Part shown: positions 26,989 through 36,172 of the stretch, piece by piece
How positions within the stretch are numbered: position 1 is the stretch's first letter
How the letters are laid out: each line of letters opens with the position of its first letter
DNA from: Bacillota bacterium
GTDB lineage: Bacteria; Bacillota; Clostridia; Christensenellales; CAG-138
Direction: 5' to 3'
DNA: 64,000 nt
Assembly (NCBI GenBank): GCA_038562375.1
Contig: JBCFAY010000002.1
Coordinates: 21,272-85,271, forward strand
Program-made: the position numbers and the translations under genes
Notes under the pieces: generated by a model
Databases searched by the model: none
The model's input: the letters and a program-made list of their open reading frames with translations, nothing else
What the model was told of the DNA's origin: nothing

Positions 26989-29268
26989 TCAGCCGCAGCG
27001 GCTAAAGCCGCAATTTCTGCAGATCGAGCAGCCGCTTTCACGCTCGAGCGTACCGCCGCACTCGGGGCAGGAGGCAAGCTTCGAAGCGGGATCCGGCCCG
27101 CCGATGGACTCCTCCCCGTTCTCCTCCGAGGAAGCAATGGGCAGCGACACGCTGTTGTTCATACGCTCGCCCGCGCGGATGGCGACCATCTTCTCGAGCA
27201 CCTTCCCGATCGCATCGGGGCAGGAAAGCACCTTGATGTTCTTGTTCGTCGCACGCTGGCGAAGCGTGGAATGGCAGCGGATACCCTTGAGCTGCTCGAT
27301 GATCGACTCCACCTGGAGGCCGGAGCGCAGCGCGGTGGAAATAAGCCTGCTGGTCGCCTCGCTCTGGCTCGGGCAGCCGCCCGCCCGGCCGAGGTTGGTG
27401 AATACCTCGCAGATGCCCTCGTCGTCGTCGTTGACCGTGATATACAGGTTTCCGCAGCCGATGACGACCTTTTCGGTGATGCCGCGCGTCACCTCGGGCC
27501 GGGGCCGGGGCACGATCGCACGCGCCTGGGGCCGGCCGGGCGGCTCGGCGATCTTAGCTCCGCCCGCATAGAGCACCTGCTCGGAGCGGCTTCCATCCCT
27601 GTAGATGGTCAGGCCCTTGCAGCCGAGCCGATACGCCTGCACAAATGCAATCGCCACATCCTCGCGCGTGGCGTTCGGAGGAAAATTCACGGTCTTTGAA
27701 ACGGCGTTGTCCGTATGCCGCTGAAACGCCGCCTGCATACGGATGTGGTGTTCGGGCGAGATATCGTGCGCCGTCACGAAAACGCGCCTGATATGCTCGG
27801 GCACCTCGTCGATGTGCGCGATCGAGCCTTCCTTGGCGATGCGCCGCATCAGCGCGGGCGAATAGAAGCCCTCTCCCCTTGCGGCCTGCTCAAACGCCGG
27901 ATCGGCCTGCGCGAGCTCGTCGTTGTCCATGACGTTGCGCACGAAGGAAAGCGCGAACAGGGGCTCCACGCCGCTCGAGGCGGAGCAGATGATTGAGATC
28001 GTGCCGGTGGGCGCGATCGTCGTGCAGGTCGCGTTGCGCATCGGAACGCCCTTGTCCTTGAAGGTGCTCTGCTCGTAGAGCGGGAACGGCCCGCGCGACG
28101 CCGCCAGCTGAGCGGACGCCCTATGCGCGCGCTCCTGAATAAATCCCATCACGGCGTCCGCAAGCTCGACGCCCTCGTCGGAATTGTACGCGACGCCCAG
28201 GCGGAAGAGCATATCCGCAAATCCCATCACGCCGAGACCGATCTTGCGCGTGGAGCGCGTGACGGATTCAATTTCGGGCAGCGGATACTTGTTGACCTCG
28301 ATCACGTTATCGAGGAAATGCACTGCGCGCCCGACGAGATCGCCGAGCTTTTCGTAATCGACGGTCGTTTTCCCGTCGCGCTCACACAGCATCTTCGCGA
28401 GGTTGATCGAGCCTAGGTTGCAGCTTTCGTACGGCAGCAGCGGCTGTTCGCCGCAGGGGTTGGTCGCCTCGATTTCACCCACGCCCGGCACGGCGTTGTC
28501 CCGGTTCATCCTGTCGAGGAAGACGATGCCCGGCTCCCCGTTGCGCCACGCCATCTCGACGATCAATTCAAACACATCCCTGGCCTTTTGTGTCCCGACG
28601 CATCCGTGCGTGTGAGGATCGATCAGCTCGTATTCGCCGTCCTCCTCCACAGCGCGCATGAACTTCTCGGTCAGGCCGACGCTGATGTTGAAATTCGTAA
28701 TGTCCGCGTTGTCCTTCTTGCACTGGATGAACTCGATGATGTCGGGATGGTCGACGCGCAGTATGCCCATGTTCGCTCCGCGGCGCGTCCCGCCCTGCTT
28801 GACGGCCTCCGTCGCCGCGTTGAACACCTTCATAAAGCTGACCGGCCCGGACGCCACGCCGCCCGTAGAGCGCACCGAAGCGCCCTTGGGGCGCAGCCGC
28901 GAGAAGCTAAAGCCGGTTCCGCCGCCGCTCTTATGGATCAGCGCGGCGTTCTTGACCGAATCGAAGATCTCCTCCATCGAATCGCCCACCGGGAGCACGA
29001 AGCATGCCGACAGCTGCCCCAAAGGCCTTCCTGCGTTCATCAGCGTGGGCGAGTTCGGCATGAAGCTTAATTCCGCCATCATTTCAAAAAACGATTTTTC
29101 CGTCGCGGCAACGTCGGCGTTGGGATCAAACAGCGCGTCCGCCTTCGCCACATGCCGCGCGACGCGCACGAGCATGTCCTCCGGCGTCTCGATCAAAGCG
29201 CCGTTTTCATCCTTGGCCAAATACCTTCTCTCGAGCACCGTTATCGCGTTTTTATCAAAAGCCAACAT
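26989..29268 (-). CDS. nrdJ: Adenosylcobalamin-dependent (class II) ribonucleotide reductase with a C-terminal zinc ribbon
   Basis: About 759 aa with conserved class II RNR blocks (SNPCGEQPL-like NPCGEQPLLPYESCNLGS). The C-terminus is CPECGG...CSICRNCGFSRC. The ATG at 29268 has GGAGGGG 9 nt upstream. Confidence 0.93.
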   Translation of the reverse strand: MLAFDKNAITVLERRYLAKDENGALIETPEDMLVRVARHVAKADALFDPNADVAATEKSFFEMMAELSFMPNSPTLMNAGRPLGQLSACFVLPVGDSMEEIFDSVKNAALIHKSGGGTGFSFSRLRPKGASVRSTGGVASGPVSFMKVFNAATEAVKQGGTRRGANMGILRVDHPDIIEFIQCKKDNADITNFNISVGLTEKFMRAVEEDGEYELIDPHTHGCVGTQKARDVFELIVEMAWRNGEPGIVFLDRMNRDNAVPGVGEIEATNPCGEQPLLPYESCNLGSINLAKMLCERDGKTTVDYEKLGDLVGRAVHFLDNVIEVNKYPLPEIESVTRSTRKIGLGVMGFADMLFRLGVAYNSDEGVELADAVMGFIQERAHRASAQLAASRGPFPLYEQSTFKDKGVPMRNATCTTIAPTGTISIICSASSGVEPLFALSFVRNVMDNDELAQADPAFEQAARGEGFYSPALMRRIAKEGSIAHIDEVPEHIRRVFVTAHDISPEHHIRMQAAFQRHTDNAVSKTVNFPPNATREDVAIAFVQAYRLGCKGLTIYRDGSRSEQVLYAGGAKIAEPPGRPQARAIVPRPRPEVTRGITEKVVIGCGNLYITVNDDDEGICEVFTNLGRAGGCPSQSEATSRLISTALRSGLQVESIIEQLKGIRCHSTLRQRATNKNIKVLSCPDAIGKVLEKMVAIRAGERMNNSVSLPIASSEENGEESIGGPDPASKLASCPECGGTLERESGCSICRNCGFSRCG

Positions 29269-29301
29269 CCGTCCGCACCCCTCCATAATTCTTCGCGCAA
29301 A

Positions 29302-29317
29302 AAACAAGATATAGTAT
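29302..29317. promoter_or_regulatory. NrdR box 1 (candidate)
   Basis: The core CAAGATATAG matches the NrdR-box core CwAtATaTwG with 1 mismatch. Confidence 0.5.
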
Positions 29318-29332
29318 TATATCAAATTATAA

Positions 29333-29348
29333 ACTCTATATATAGTAT
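29333..29348. promoter_or_regulatory. NrdR box 2 (candidate)
   Basis: The core CTATATATAG matches the NrdR-box core perfectly. Its centre is 31 bp from box 1, the typical tandem phasing. Confidence 0.6.
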
Positions 29349-29391
29349 ATTTTTTCCGGCTTGGGTTGTCAACGATTTGCGCAAAAAAGCA

Positions 29392-30165
29392 TTATCCGCG
29401 AAGAAGCGAAAGGAACAGCGGCTCAAAGTATGCGCGGTCGCCGCTGGTATGAAACGCAACGTCGGCTTCGCCGCTCGCGCCCGAAAGGCCCTTTTCCTCC
29501 AGCACGCGCCCAAGCTGCAGAATCGTTGCGGCGTTGCCGTCAAAAAGCGCGGCGTTGCCCGAGAAGTGTTCCTGCGCATAGCGTTTGAACGCGTCCTTGA
29601 TGAACACATAGTGCGTGCAGCCCAATACGATCGCGTCGATGCGCTGACCTTCAAACGGTTTAAAATATCCCCTGAAAAGGTCGTCGAACGCATCCGCGCC
29701 GAACACGCCCTGTTCGATGCGATCCGCGAGTCCCGGGCAGGGAACGTCGACGACGCGTCCGGGATCCGGCATACGCGCCCGGAGCTTTTGATAGCGTTCA
29801 AGGCGCGTCGTAGCGAGCGTCGCGCACATGAGGATCTTCCCGTCGCCGGGCAGCGCGCAGGCGGGCTTGATCGCCGGCTCCACGCTGATCACCGGGATGG
29901 AAAGCATTTCGCGGATCTCGCGGATCGCGGCGCTCGTCGCGGTGTTGCAGGCGAGCACCATGGCCTTGACGCCATGGCTCACAAGAAAATCGGCGCCTGC
30001 AAACGTGAGGCGCGTGATCTCCTTTTCGTCCTTATCTCCATAAGGTGCGTTTTTATTGTCCCCATAATAGATATAGTTTTCCTTGGGAAGGAGCCTTAGC
30101 GCCTCTTTGAGCACGCTTGCCCCGCCAAGGCCGCTGTCAAAAAAACCAACCGGCTTGTCCTTCAT
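29392..30165 (-). CDS. murI: Glutamate racemase
   Basis: The ATG at 30165 (RBS GGGAGG) gives MKDKPVGFFDSGLGG. The catalytic Cys motifs LACNTA and LGCTHY are present. Confidence 0.95.
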   Translation of the reverse strand: MKDKPVGFFDSGLGGASVLKEALRLLPKENYIYYGDNKNAPYGDKDEKEITRLTFAGADFLVSHGVKAMVLACNTATSAAIREIREMLSIPVISVEPAIKPACALPGDGKILMCATLATTRLERYQKLRARMPDPGRVVDVPCPGLADRIEQGVFGADAFDDLFRGYFKPFEGQRIDAIVLGCTHYVFIKDAFKRYAQEHFSGNAALFDGNAATILQLGRVLEEKGLSGASGEADVAFHTSGDRAYFEPLFLSLLRG

Positions 30166-30233
30166 GCCTGCCTCCCGCCCAACCACCGGGCGCGCAAATA
30201 TCTTTTCCCAATATTATACCGCTCATCTCCGGT

Positions 30234-31301
30234 TCAGGGCAAGAGCGGCAATGCGTTGGCGGGTTCGGATGAAGTTTCGGGCAGCTCAAGCGCTACCCCG
30301 GCGCTTGCGGCGATTGCTGCCGCCAGATATTCGGCGGCGGCGTACGCCTCCTCGAACGTATTCATGTTGTGGCCGACTTCAGCCAATAGGCATTGGTTGG
30401 AGATATGCTGGTTGTAGCGCCCGGTCTTGACGCGGATATTGCGCGTAAGGCCCGGGCAGATCTTCTCAAGCTGCTCCGTGACGCTCTTTGCGAGCGCGTA
30501 ATTCGCCGTGAAGTCCGGCATTTCCCCGAAGCCTTTGCCGGTCGCTCCCTCGCCCGTGCCCACGACGAACATGATGCGCGCGATCTTTTTCCCGTTGATG
30601 ATAACGTAATCGCCGCCTTCCTCGTGGGTTTTGCCCGCGTCGCGATGCACGTCGATGAACATCGTGATCGACGGATACTGCTCCTTGTATTTTTCCATCG
30701 TTTTTACGGAGCGCGAATAGGCGGTGCCAAGCTTGGGCGGCTCGTGATTGGTGATGTCGTGGATCACCGAGAACCCGTATTTTTCGTGCAGGATCTGCGC
30801 GAGGCGCTCGCCGACGGCCACGATGTTGCGATCGTTCTGCGTCGTGCGCCAGGCTCCGCTCGCGGTGTACGGATATGCGCTGGTGGGGTTGTAGGCTTCC
30901 GTCGTATGCGTGTGATAGATCAGTATCCTAGGTTCCGACCCGGTGAGGTCGATATTGCTCACCGACTCGGGCGAACCCGCGAGCTCGATGCGTATCCCTT
31001 GCCCAACACCCGGATCCACGTCGGCGCGGTCGATCGTGATCCGCCCGGAGGATTGCTCCTGATCCTTATCGGATTCGGAGCCCTCCTGATCGGGCATCGG
31101 CGGAGTATACTGGTAAAGGAACGGCATCTGAACGCCTAAAAACGCGTAGGTGAGCGTCAGCGTCTTCGGCCGGAAGAGCGTGTAATACAGCGCCGGCACA
31201 AGCATACAGACCGCGAGCGCCACCGCGAACGCCGCGCGCACCCGGTTCCCCTGCTGCGCAGCCGTTAGTATGCGTTTCGGCCGTTTTTTCTTTAGAGGCA
31301 T
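30234..31301 (-). CDS. spoIIP: Stage II sporulation protein P
   Basis: It has an N-terminal TM helix and a SpoIIP amidase-like domain (ILIYHTHTTEAY...). The ATG at 31301 lies 7 nt after GGGAGGAG. Confidence 0.9.
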   Translation of the reverse strand: MPLKKKRPKRILTAAQQGNRVRAAFAVALAVCMLVPALYYTLFRPKTLTLTYAFLGVQMPFLYQYTPPMPDQEGSESDKDQEQSSGRITIDRADVDPGVGQGIRIELAGSPESVSNIDLTGSEPRILIYHTHTTEAYNPTSAYPYTASGAWRTTQNDRNIVAVGERLAQILHEKYGFSVIHDITNHEPPKLGTAYSRSVKTMEKYKEQYPSITMFIDVHRDAGKTHEEGGDYVIINGKKIARIMFVVGTGEGATGKGFGEMPDFTANYALAKSVTEQLEKICPGLTRNIRVKTGRYNQHISNQCLLAEVGHNMNTFEEAYAAAEYLAAAIAASAGVALELPETSSEPANALPLLP

Positions 31302-31345
31302 AGGCAAGCTCCTCCCGTGCTATACCTATGTCCAATCCGGTTCGC

Positions 31346-32272
31346 TTATGCTATGAGCATCCGGACGTCCTCATAATGGATGTCCTGCATCGCCATGTTG
31401 ATTGCGTCCGCGAGGATGCGCGACATGTCGGTGACGATGCTGTCGATATCCTTCGGCGTAACGATCATGGGTCCGAGCTTTTCATTGATTACCTTTTCGG
31501 CAAGCTCTATGAACCTGTCTCCCTCGTTTTTTATGCCGGATTCATCCGCTATCAGGCTGATCGTATCCTGTGTGATCGTGGACGCATACACGACAAGCGG
31601 AACTCCGAGCGCCATCACCGGCACGCCGAGCGACTCCTGGTTGATGCCCATGCGGAGGTTTCCTACGCCCGCGCCCGGCTCGATGCCGGTATCGGTCAGC
31701 TGGATCGTCGAACTGATGCGCGCCGCGCGCCGCGATGCGAGCGCGTCCACCGCAATGACCAGGGCAGGCTTTACGCGCTCGACGATGCCGCGTACGACCT
31801 CGAGCGTCTCCACCCCCGTGACGCCCAGCACGCCCGGCGCGATCGCCGATACCGCGCGCGGCTTGAAGTCGAGCAGATCCGGCATATACTCGAGGATATG
31901 CCTCGTGACATAGACCTGTTCGACCACGCGCGGGCCGAGCGCATCCGGGGTGATAAACCGGTTCCCAAGCCCGATCACAAGCACCGGCGCGTCCTTTGGC
32001 AAACCCTCCATCAGCCGTTTGATCTCCTCGGCCAATTCCTTGCTGACCTGTTCAAACAAATCGAGCGGGCGGTTGATGAGATCCGGCGCATCGATCGTGA
32101 CATACTCGCCCCGCGGCTTTTCAAGTTTACGCGCAGCTTCTTCCGTTTCGACTCGGATGCGCGATATGCTGACGCCGTCCTTTTCGCTCGTTTCCTCTGT
32201 TACGCCCGAAAGCGCGGGGTTCATTTCGCGCGCTTCCATCGCAAGATCGGTATAGATGCTCTTGCCCATCAT
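31346..32272 (-). CDS. gpr: Germination (SASP-degrading) endopeptidase GPR
   Basis: 308 aa with the N-terminus ...YTDLAMEARE and full-length GPR architecture. It sits adjacent to spoIIP, as in Bacillus. Confidence 0.93.
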   Translation of the reverse strand: MMGKSIYTDLAMEAREMNPALSGVTEETSEKDGVSISRIRVETEEAARKLEKPRGEYVTIDAPDLINRPLDLFEQVSKELAEEIKRLMEGLPKDAPVLVIGLGNRFITPDALGPRVVEQVYVTRHILEYMPDLLDFKPRAVSAIAPGVLGVTGVETLEVVRGIVERVKPALVIAVDALASRRAARISSTIQLTDTGIEPGAGVGNLRMGINQESLGVPVMALGVPLVVYASTITQDTISLIADESGIKNEGDRFIELAEKVINEKLGPMIVTPKDIDSIVTDMSRILADAINMAMQDIHYEDVRMLIA

Positions 32273-32297
32273 TTGTTTCCTTTCACGCGTTTTCGCT

Positions 32298-32304
32298 TAG
32301 TATG
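32298..32304 (-). promoter_or_regulatory. Forespore-sigma (sigmaF/sigmaG)-like -10 upstream of gpr
   Basis: CATACTA lies about 26 nt upstream of the gpr ATG. The -35 region (GCTTT, 18 nt upstream) is only a weak match to GHATR. Confidence 0.4.
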
Positions 32305-32359
32305 TCCCCGCAGGGCAAAATAAAAGCAAAAAACACGTCCTCCGGCCGGGATAAATTGC

Positions 32360-32388
32360 TTGCATTGCCATGAGCCCTGTGTTATAAT
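32360..32388 (+). promoter_or_regulatory. Sigma-A-type promoter of rpsT
   Basis: -35 TTGCAT (32360..32365), 17-nt spacer, extended -10 TGTTATAAT (32380..32388). Confidence 0.65.
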
Positions 32389-32427
32389 TCGCTGTGTTCG
32401 AGTAAATGCCAGGGGGGGTGAATTGTT

Positions 32428-32688
32428 TTGGCAAACATCAAATCCGCGATCAAACGGGTGGATATCACCGCGAGGAGAAATCTGCGCAACCGCATGGTCA
32501 TGTCCAGCATGAAGACCGCTATCAAAAAGTTTGATAAGTCTTTGGAAGCGGGCGATGCGTCCTCGGTTGACGCTGCATATATCAATGCCGTGAGCATGGT
32601 AGACAAAGCTGCGGCCAAAGGCGTGATCCACAAAAACGCCGCAAACCGCAAAAAAGCGCAGCTTGCTGTTAAGCTCGCCAGGAAATAA
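32428..32688 (+). CDS. rpsT: 30S ribosomal protein S20
   Basis: 86 aa with a TTG start after a G-rich RBS. The N-terminus ANIKSAIKR is diagnostic. Confidence 0.95.
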   Translation: MANIKSAIKRVDITARRNLRNRMVMSSMKTAIKKFDKSLEAGDASSVDAAYINAVSMVDKAAAKGVIHKNAANRKKAQLAVKLARK

Positions 32689-32706
32689 CTCCCCAAGCTT
32701 AAGCGC

Positions 32707-32737
32707 AATGGCCGTCCTTCGGGACAGGCCATTTTTT
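32707..32737 (+). terminator. rpsT intrinsic terminator
   Basis: AATGGCCGTCC-ttcg-GGAC(A)GGCCATT followed by TTTTTT. Confidence 0.75.
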
Positions 32738-32832
32738 CGTTTTGCTCTATGCTTGCCTGTATCTGATAAGATTTTGACGGCAGCGGACAATCGAAATCCC
32801 GGCTGTTCCGGAAGATGCGGGAAGCGCCGGGT

Positions 32833-33852
32833 TCAGGCGTTCGTCCCCGTCCCCGGTCTTTTTTGTCCGCGGGAGCGCGGCATATGGGTCAAAAGCGCAA
32901 GCTCCAAGCTCTCGCGATCCTTTTGCCGGCCGCTGATCTGCAGGTATCGGACGTTTAAAAACGCCATCGTAGCGCGCGCAAGCTCGGCCGCATCGAATCT
33001 CTGAGCAGCCTCGACGGACTTTTTCGCCGCATAAGGGTTCCCTCCCAACGCGCGGGCCGCCGCGTCGCGGTTCATGCCGGAATCGAGAAACTGCCGCGCC
33101 TGGAGCATCTGCCGGAAGCGCCCTGCAAGGAACGATGCGATCTCGATCGGTTTCTGTCCGTTTTTGATCAGCCCGTCCAGCGCGCGAAAGCCGCCGCCCG
33201 CATCCCCGGCGAGAAAGCACCCCAGCATTTCGAAGATCTTGTATTCCGGCTCCGGCGTCACGCACGCGAGGAGCGTTTCGTTCGTGATGCGCCCGCCGCG
33301 GCCGACATAATCGGCGGCTTTGGTCAGCTCGTTGTTCAATGTGCCGATCGAGGTGCCCACGAGCGCGACGAGCTGCCGCGCCACGGGCGGATCCATCGTC
33401 ACGCCGAGCTTTTTGCAGGTCGAAAGCACCCACTTTGCCGACTCAGCCTCGTCGAAGATAAAAAAGTCCACCACGCCGTCGAGCGCCGCGATCGCTTTAA
33501 AAAGCGTCAGCCGCCCGTCCGCCGAGCCCCGAACAAAAAACACGAGGATCGTGCTCGGAGGGATACGCGGGAGGTACTCGGCGATCTTCTTCGCCTCAAC
33601 ATCGGTCGGCAGCGTCCTTACGATCACGATCCGCTCCTCGCTGAAAAACGGGAGCGTATCGCAGGCGGAGCGCAGCGCGTCCGCATCGGTCTGCTCCAGG
33701 ACGCCGATGTTCATCTCGCGCGCGGGCCCATCCACCCGCGCGAGCAAGCGTTCGAGCGCGCGCTCCTTCACGAACTCTTCCTCTCCGTGGAACAGGTAAA
33801 CGCGCGCTATGCTATTGTGTTTTATCGCCGCGAAGAAAGCGTTGTGATCCAT
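32833..33852 (-). CDS. holA: DNA polymerase III subunit delta
   Basis: The ATG at 33852 gives MDHNAFFAAIKHNSIARVYLFHGEEEF..., typical of HolA. The ORF-track start at 33990 would overlap ridA. Confidence 0.88.
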   Translation of the reverse strand: MDHNAFFAAIKHNSIARVYLFHGEEEFVKERALERLLARVDGPAREMNIGVLEQTDADALRSACDTLPFFSEERIVIVRTLPTDVEAKKIAEYLPRIPPSTILVFFVRGSADGRLTLFKAIAALDGVVDFFIFDEAESAKWVLSTCKKLGVTMDPPVARQLVALVGTSIGTLNNELTKAADYVGRGGRITNETLLACVTPEPEYKIFEMLGCFLAGDAGGGFRALDGLIKNGQKPIEIASFLAGRFRQMLQARQFLDSGMNRDAAARALGGNPYAAKKSVEAAQRFDAAELARATMAFLNVRYLQISGRQKDRESLELALLTHMPRSRGQKRPGTGTNA

Positions 33853-33859
33853 CGATCCG

Positions 33860-34240
33860 TCAGCCTTTGACGCAGGCGACCGCCTCGATCTCCACCAGGC
33901 CGCCGGCGGGCAGCGCAGCGACCTCCACGCAGGAACGAGCGGGAAGCGAGCCGCCGAAGCGCTCCGCATAGATGGCGTTGATCTTCGCAAAATCCGTAAG
34001 ATCCTGCACGAATACCGTGGTCTTTACGACGTCCTCCAGGTTGGCTCCCGCCGCCGCAAGCACGTTGATAAGGTTTTCGAGAGCCTGCCTCGTCTGGCTT
34101 TCGACGTCCTTTGCGAGCTTTCCGGTCGCCGGATCGATCCCGAGCTGCCCCGACGTAAACACAAATCCATTCGCGCATACCGCGTGGCTGTATGGGCCGA
34201 TCGCGGCGGGCGCGTTCTTGGCGATGATGTTCTGTTTCAT
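33860..34240 (-). CDS. ridA: RidA/YjgF-family reactive-intermediate deaminase
   Basis: 126 aa with typical blocks APAAIGPYSHA and ARSCVEVAALP. Confidence 0.93.
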   Translation of the reverse strand: MKQNIIAKNAPAAIGPYSHAVCANGFVFTSGQLGIDPATGKLAKDVESQTRQALENLINVLAAAGANLEDVVKTTVFVQDLTDFAKINAIYAERFGGSLPARSCVEVAALPAGGLVEIEAVACVKG

Positions 34241-34320
34241 GTTTTTCTCCTTTGCATTTTGTTTCCTCTAACGCGGCAGCGCACGACCGATACCGCATTC
34301 CCCCCTTCGAACCCCCAAGG

Positions 34321-35310
34321 TTATTCGCGAAATCCGGCGGGATGTTCCCGGTGGAAGCGCCACGCGCTGCCGATCATGTCCTCCAGCTCGCTGTGCTTCG
34401 GCTTCCACCCCAGCACCTCGAGCGCCTTTTGATTCGATGCGACGAGCGCGGAAGGATCGCCCGCCCGCCTCGGTTCGATCCTGGCGGGAATCGGATGCCC
34501 GGTCACGCGGCGCGCAACGTCGATGATCTCCTTTACCGTAAACCCGCTGCCGTTGCCGAGGTTGAATACGTCGCTCTTCCCCTCGCGCGCAAGGAATTCG
34601 TACGCAAGAAGATGCGCGTGTGCAAGGTCCCTCACGTCGATATAATCGCGCACGCAGGTGCCGTCCCGCGTGGGATAATCATCGCCAAACACGCCGATCG
34701 CGTCGCGCTTATTGAGCGCCACGCTCAAAACGAGCGGTATCAGGTGGCTTTCCGGCCGGTGATCCTCGCCGAGGCCGTTTTCGCTGTCCGCTCCGGCCGC
34801 GTTGAAATAACGCAGCGCCGCGTATTTGATCCCATAGGCCGCATCGCACCAATGAAGCAGCCTCTCGATCGAAAGCTTGCTCTCCCCGTAGGGGTTCGTC
34901 GGTTTTGTGCGGTCGTCCTCGCGGATCGGCTGCCGCTCGGGTTCGCCATAGACCGCCGCCGTCGAGGAAAACACGATGGATTTTACCCCGTGCGTCTTCA
35001 TCGCGCCGAGTATACTCTGTGCGCCCGCGAGGTTGTTGCCGTAATACTTGAGCGGATTCGCACAGCTCTCTCCAACCAGCGAAAACGCGGCGAAATTGAT
35101 CACCCCGTCGATCCGGTTTTCCGTGAAAATCCTGTCCAAAAACACGCCGTCGCGGATATCGCCTTCGTAAAATCGATCGGCCTTCACCGCTTCCCTGTGC
35201 CCGGTGCTGAGGTTATCCGCCACGATCGCATGATAGCCGCTCTCAAGGAGCTTCATGACCATATGGCTGCCGATATATCCGGCCCCGCCCGCAACGAGTA
35301 TCGTTTTCAT
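34321..35310 (-). CDS. galE: UDP-glucose 4-epimerase
   Basis: 329 aa with the Rossmann motif GGAGYIGSH and the catalytic YGESK. Confidence 0.95.
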   Translation of the reverse strand: MKTILVAGGAGYIGSHMVMKLLESGYHAIVADNLSTGHREAVKADRFYEGDIRDGVFLDRIFTENRIDGVINFAAFSLVGESCANPLKYYGNNLAGAQSILGAMKTHGVKSIVFSSTAAVYGEPERQPIREDDRTKPTNPYGESKLSIERLLHWCDAAYGIKYAALRYFNAAGADSENGLGEDHRPESHLIPLVLSVALNKRDAIGVFGDDYPTRDGTCVRDYIDVRDLAHAHLLAYEFLAREGKSDVFNLGNGSGFTVKEIIDVARRVTGHPIPARIEPRRAGDPSALVASNQKALEVLGWKPKHSELEDMIGSAWRFHREHPAGFRE

Positions 35311-35462
35311 ACGCTTTCTCCTTCCCGCGCCCTCGCCCGCGATTCGTCCAATCCCAGCTTTCCCCGGCGGCGCGTATCCATTCGCCGCCCTTGCGCGGCA
35401 ACCTGCCTTTGCGCTATCCTGCCAAAGGACAGCGGCAATGCCGCGCCGGAAAGGCTAACGCC

Positions 35463-35777
35463 ATGGAATCAATCGCGTTCTTCCTCAAAGCGCATCTGGG
35501 CGCGCTGGTTGTAATCGCCGGATGTTTCAACCTTTTTTCCGCCGCGCTTTTCGGAATCGACAAGCGAAGGGCGATACAAAAACGCCGGCGGATCCCGGAA
35601 GCGACGCTGCTGTGGTCGGCGGTGCCGTTTTCCGCGCTGGGCGCGCTCATCGGCATGTTCGTTTTCCGGCACAAGACCCGGCATCCTAAATTCCTGCTGG
35701 GCATCCCGCTGCTGCTATTACTGCAGCTATCGGCGCTCGCCGCGCTCTCGCTCGGCGCTTGGCGCAGCCTTGGCTGA
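35463..35777 (+). CDS. DUF1294-family small membrane protein
   Basis: The ATG at 35463 gives a 104-aa product with DKRRA...RIPE...FRHKTRHPKF blocks and 2-3 TM helices. Confidence 0.8.
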   Translation: MESIAFFLKAHLGALVVIAGCFNLFSAALFGIDKRRAIQKRRRIPEATLLWSAVPFSALGALIGMFVFRHKTRHPKFLLGIPLLLLLQLSALAALSLGAWRSLG

Positions 35778-35800
35778 ACCATCCTTCCAAAACAAGCAAA

Positions 35801-35819
35801 CAGATGCATTGTGCATCTG
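35801..35819. terminator. Perfect 8-bp/3-nt-loop hairpin between convergent genes
   Basis: CAGATGCA-ttg-TGCATCTG. On the minus strand it is followed by TTTGCTTGTTTTGG. Confidence 0.5.
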
Positions 35820-35829
35820 CCGCTCCGTC

Positions 35830-35858
35830 GCGGCGCGCACCCATTGGGTGCGCGCCGC
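35830..35858. terminator. Perfect 13-bp/3-nt-loop GC-rich hairpin between convergent genes
   Basis: GCGGCGCGCACCC-att-GGGTGCGCGCCGC, with no adjacent U-tract. Confidence 0.45.
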
Positions 35859-35878
35859 ATATACACATCTCTTGCCGC

Positions 35879-36172
35879 TTATTCGCAGGCTTCGATACGG
35901 AAAATCGTCGGCTTGGTGGAATCCGGGCAGGAAGCGTATGTTACGCCTTCCTCCGAATCCCATGGATGGCGGCCGCCAAGCTCGATGACCCTTAGCTGAG
36001 GCCACAGGGAATGGAACGCCGACGCGCAGAAATCAGCCGGGCAGCGTTCAAAATCAAACTCGAATACCTGGCCGACCTTATGGCAGCTGCACTGCTCGCC
36101 GAACTTGTCGACCGGGCATTCCTCCACTATGATGCGGACTTTTTTGGGGGCATTATATACTTTTCTGTCCAT
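35879..36172 (-). CDS. TIGR04076-family small Cys-rich protein
   Basis: The ATG at 36172 (RBS AAAGGGGAAG) gives 97 aa. It shows the pattern C-P...GQ-x-FEF...CP-x-x-FC-x-x-A...GG...W...C-x-D...P-x-x-F-x-IE. Confidence 0.75.
   Translation of the reverse strand: MDRKVYNAPKKVRIIVEECPVDKFGEQCSCHKVGQVFEFDFERCPADFCASAFHSLWPQLRVIELGGRHPWDSEEGVTYASCPDSTKPTIFRIEACE

Noticed and set aside
29269-29391. A possible cobalamin riboswitch upstream of the B12-dependent RNR.
   Set aside because: The gap is only about 120 nt, AT-rich and better explained by two NrdR boxes. No B12-box-like sequence is present.
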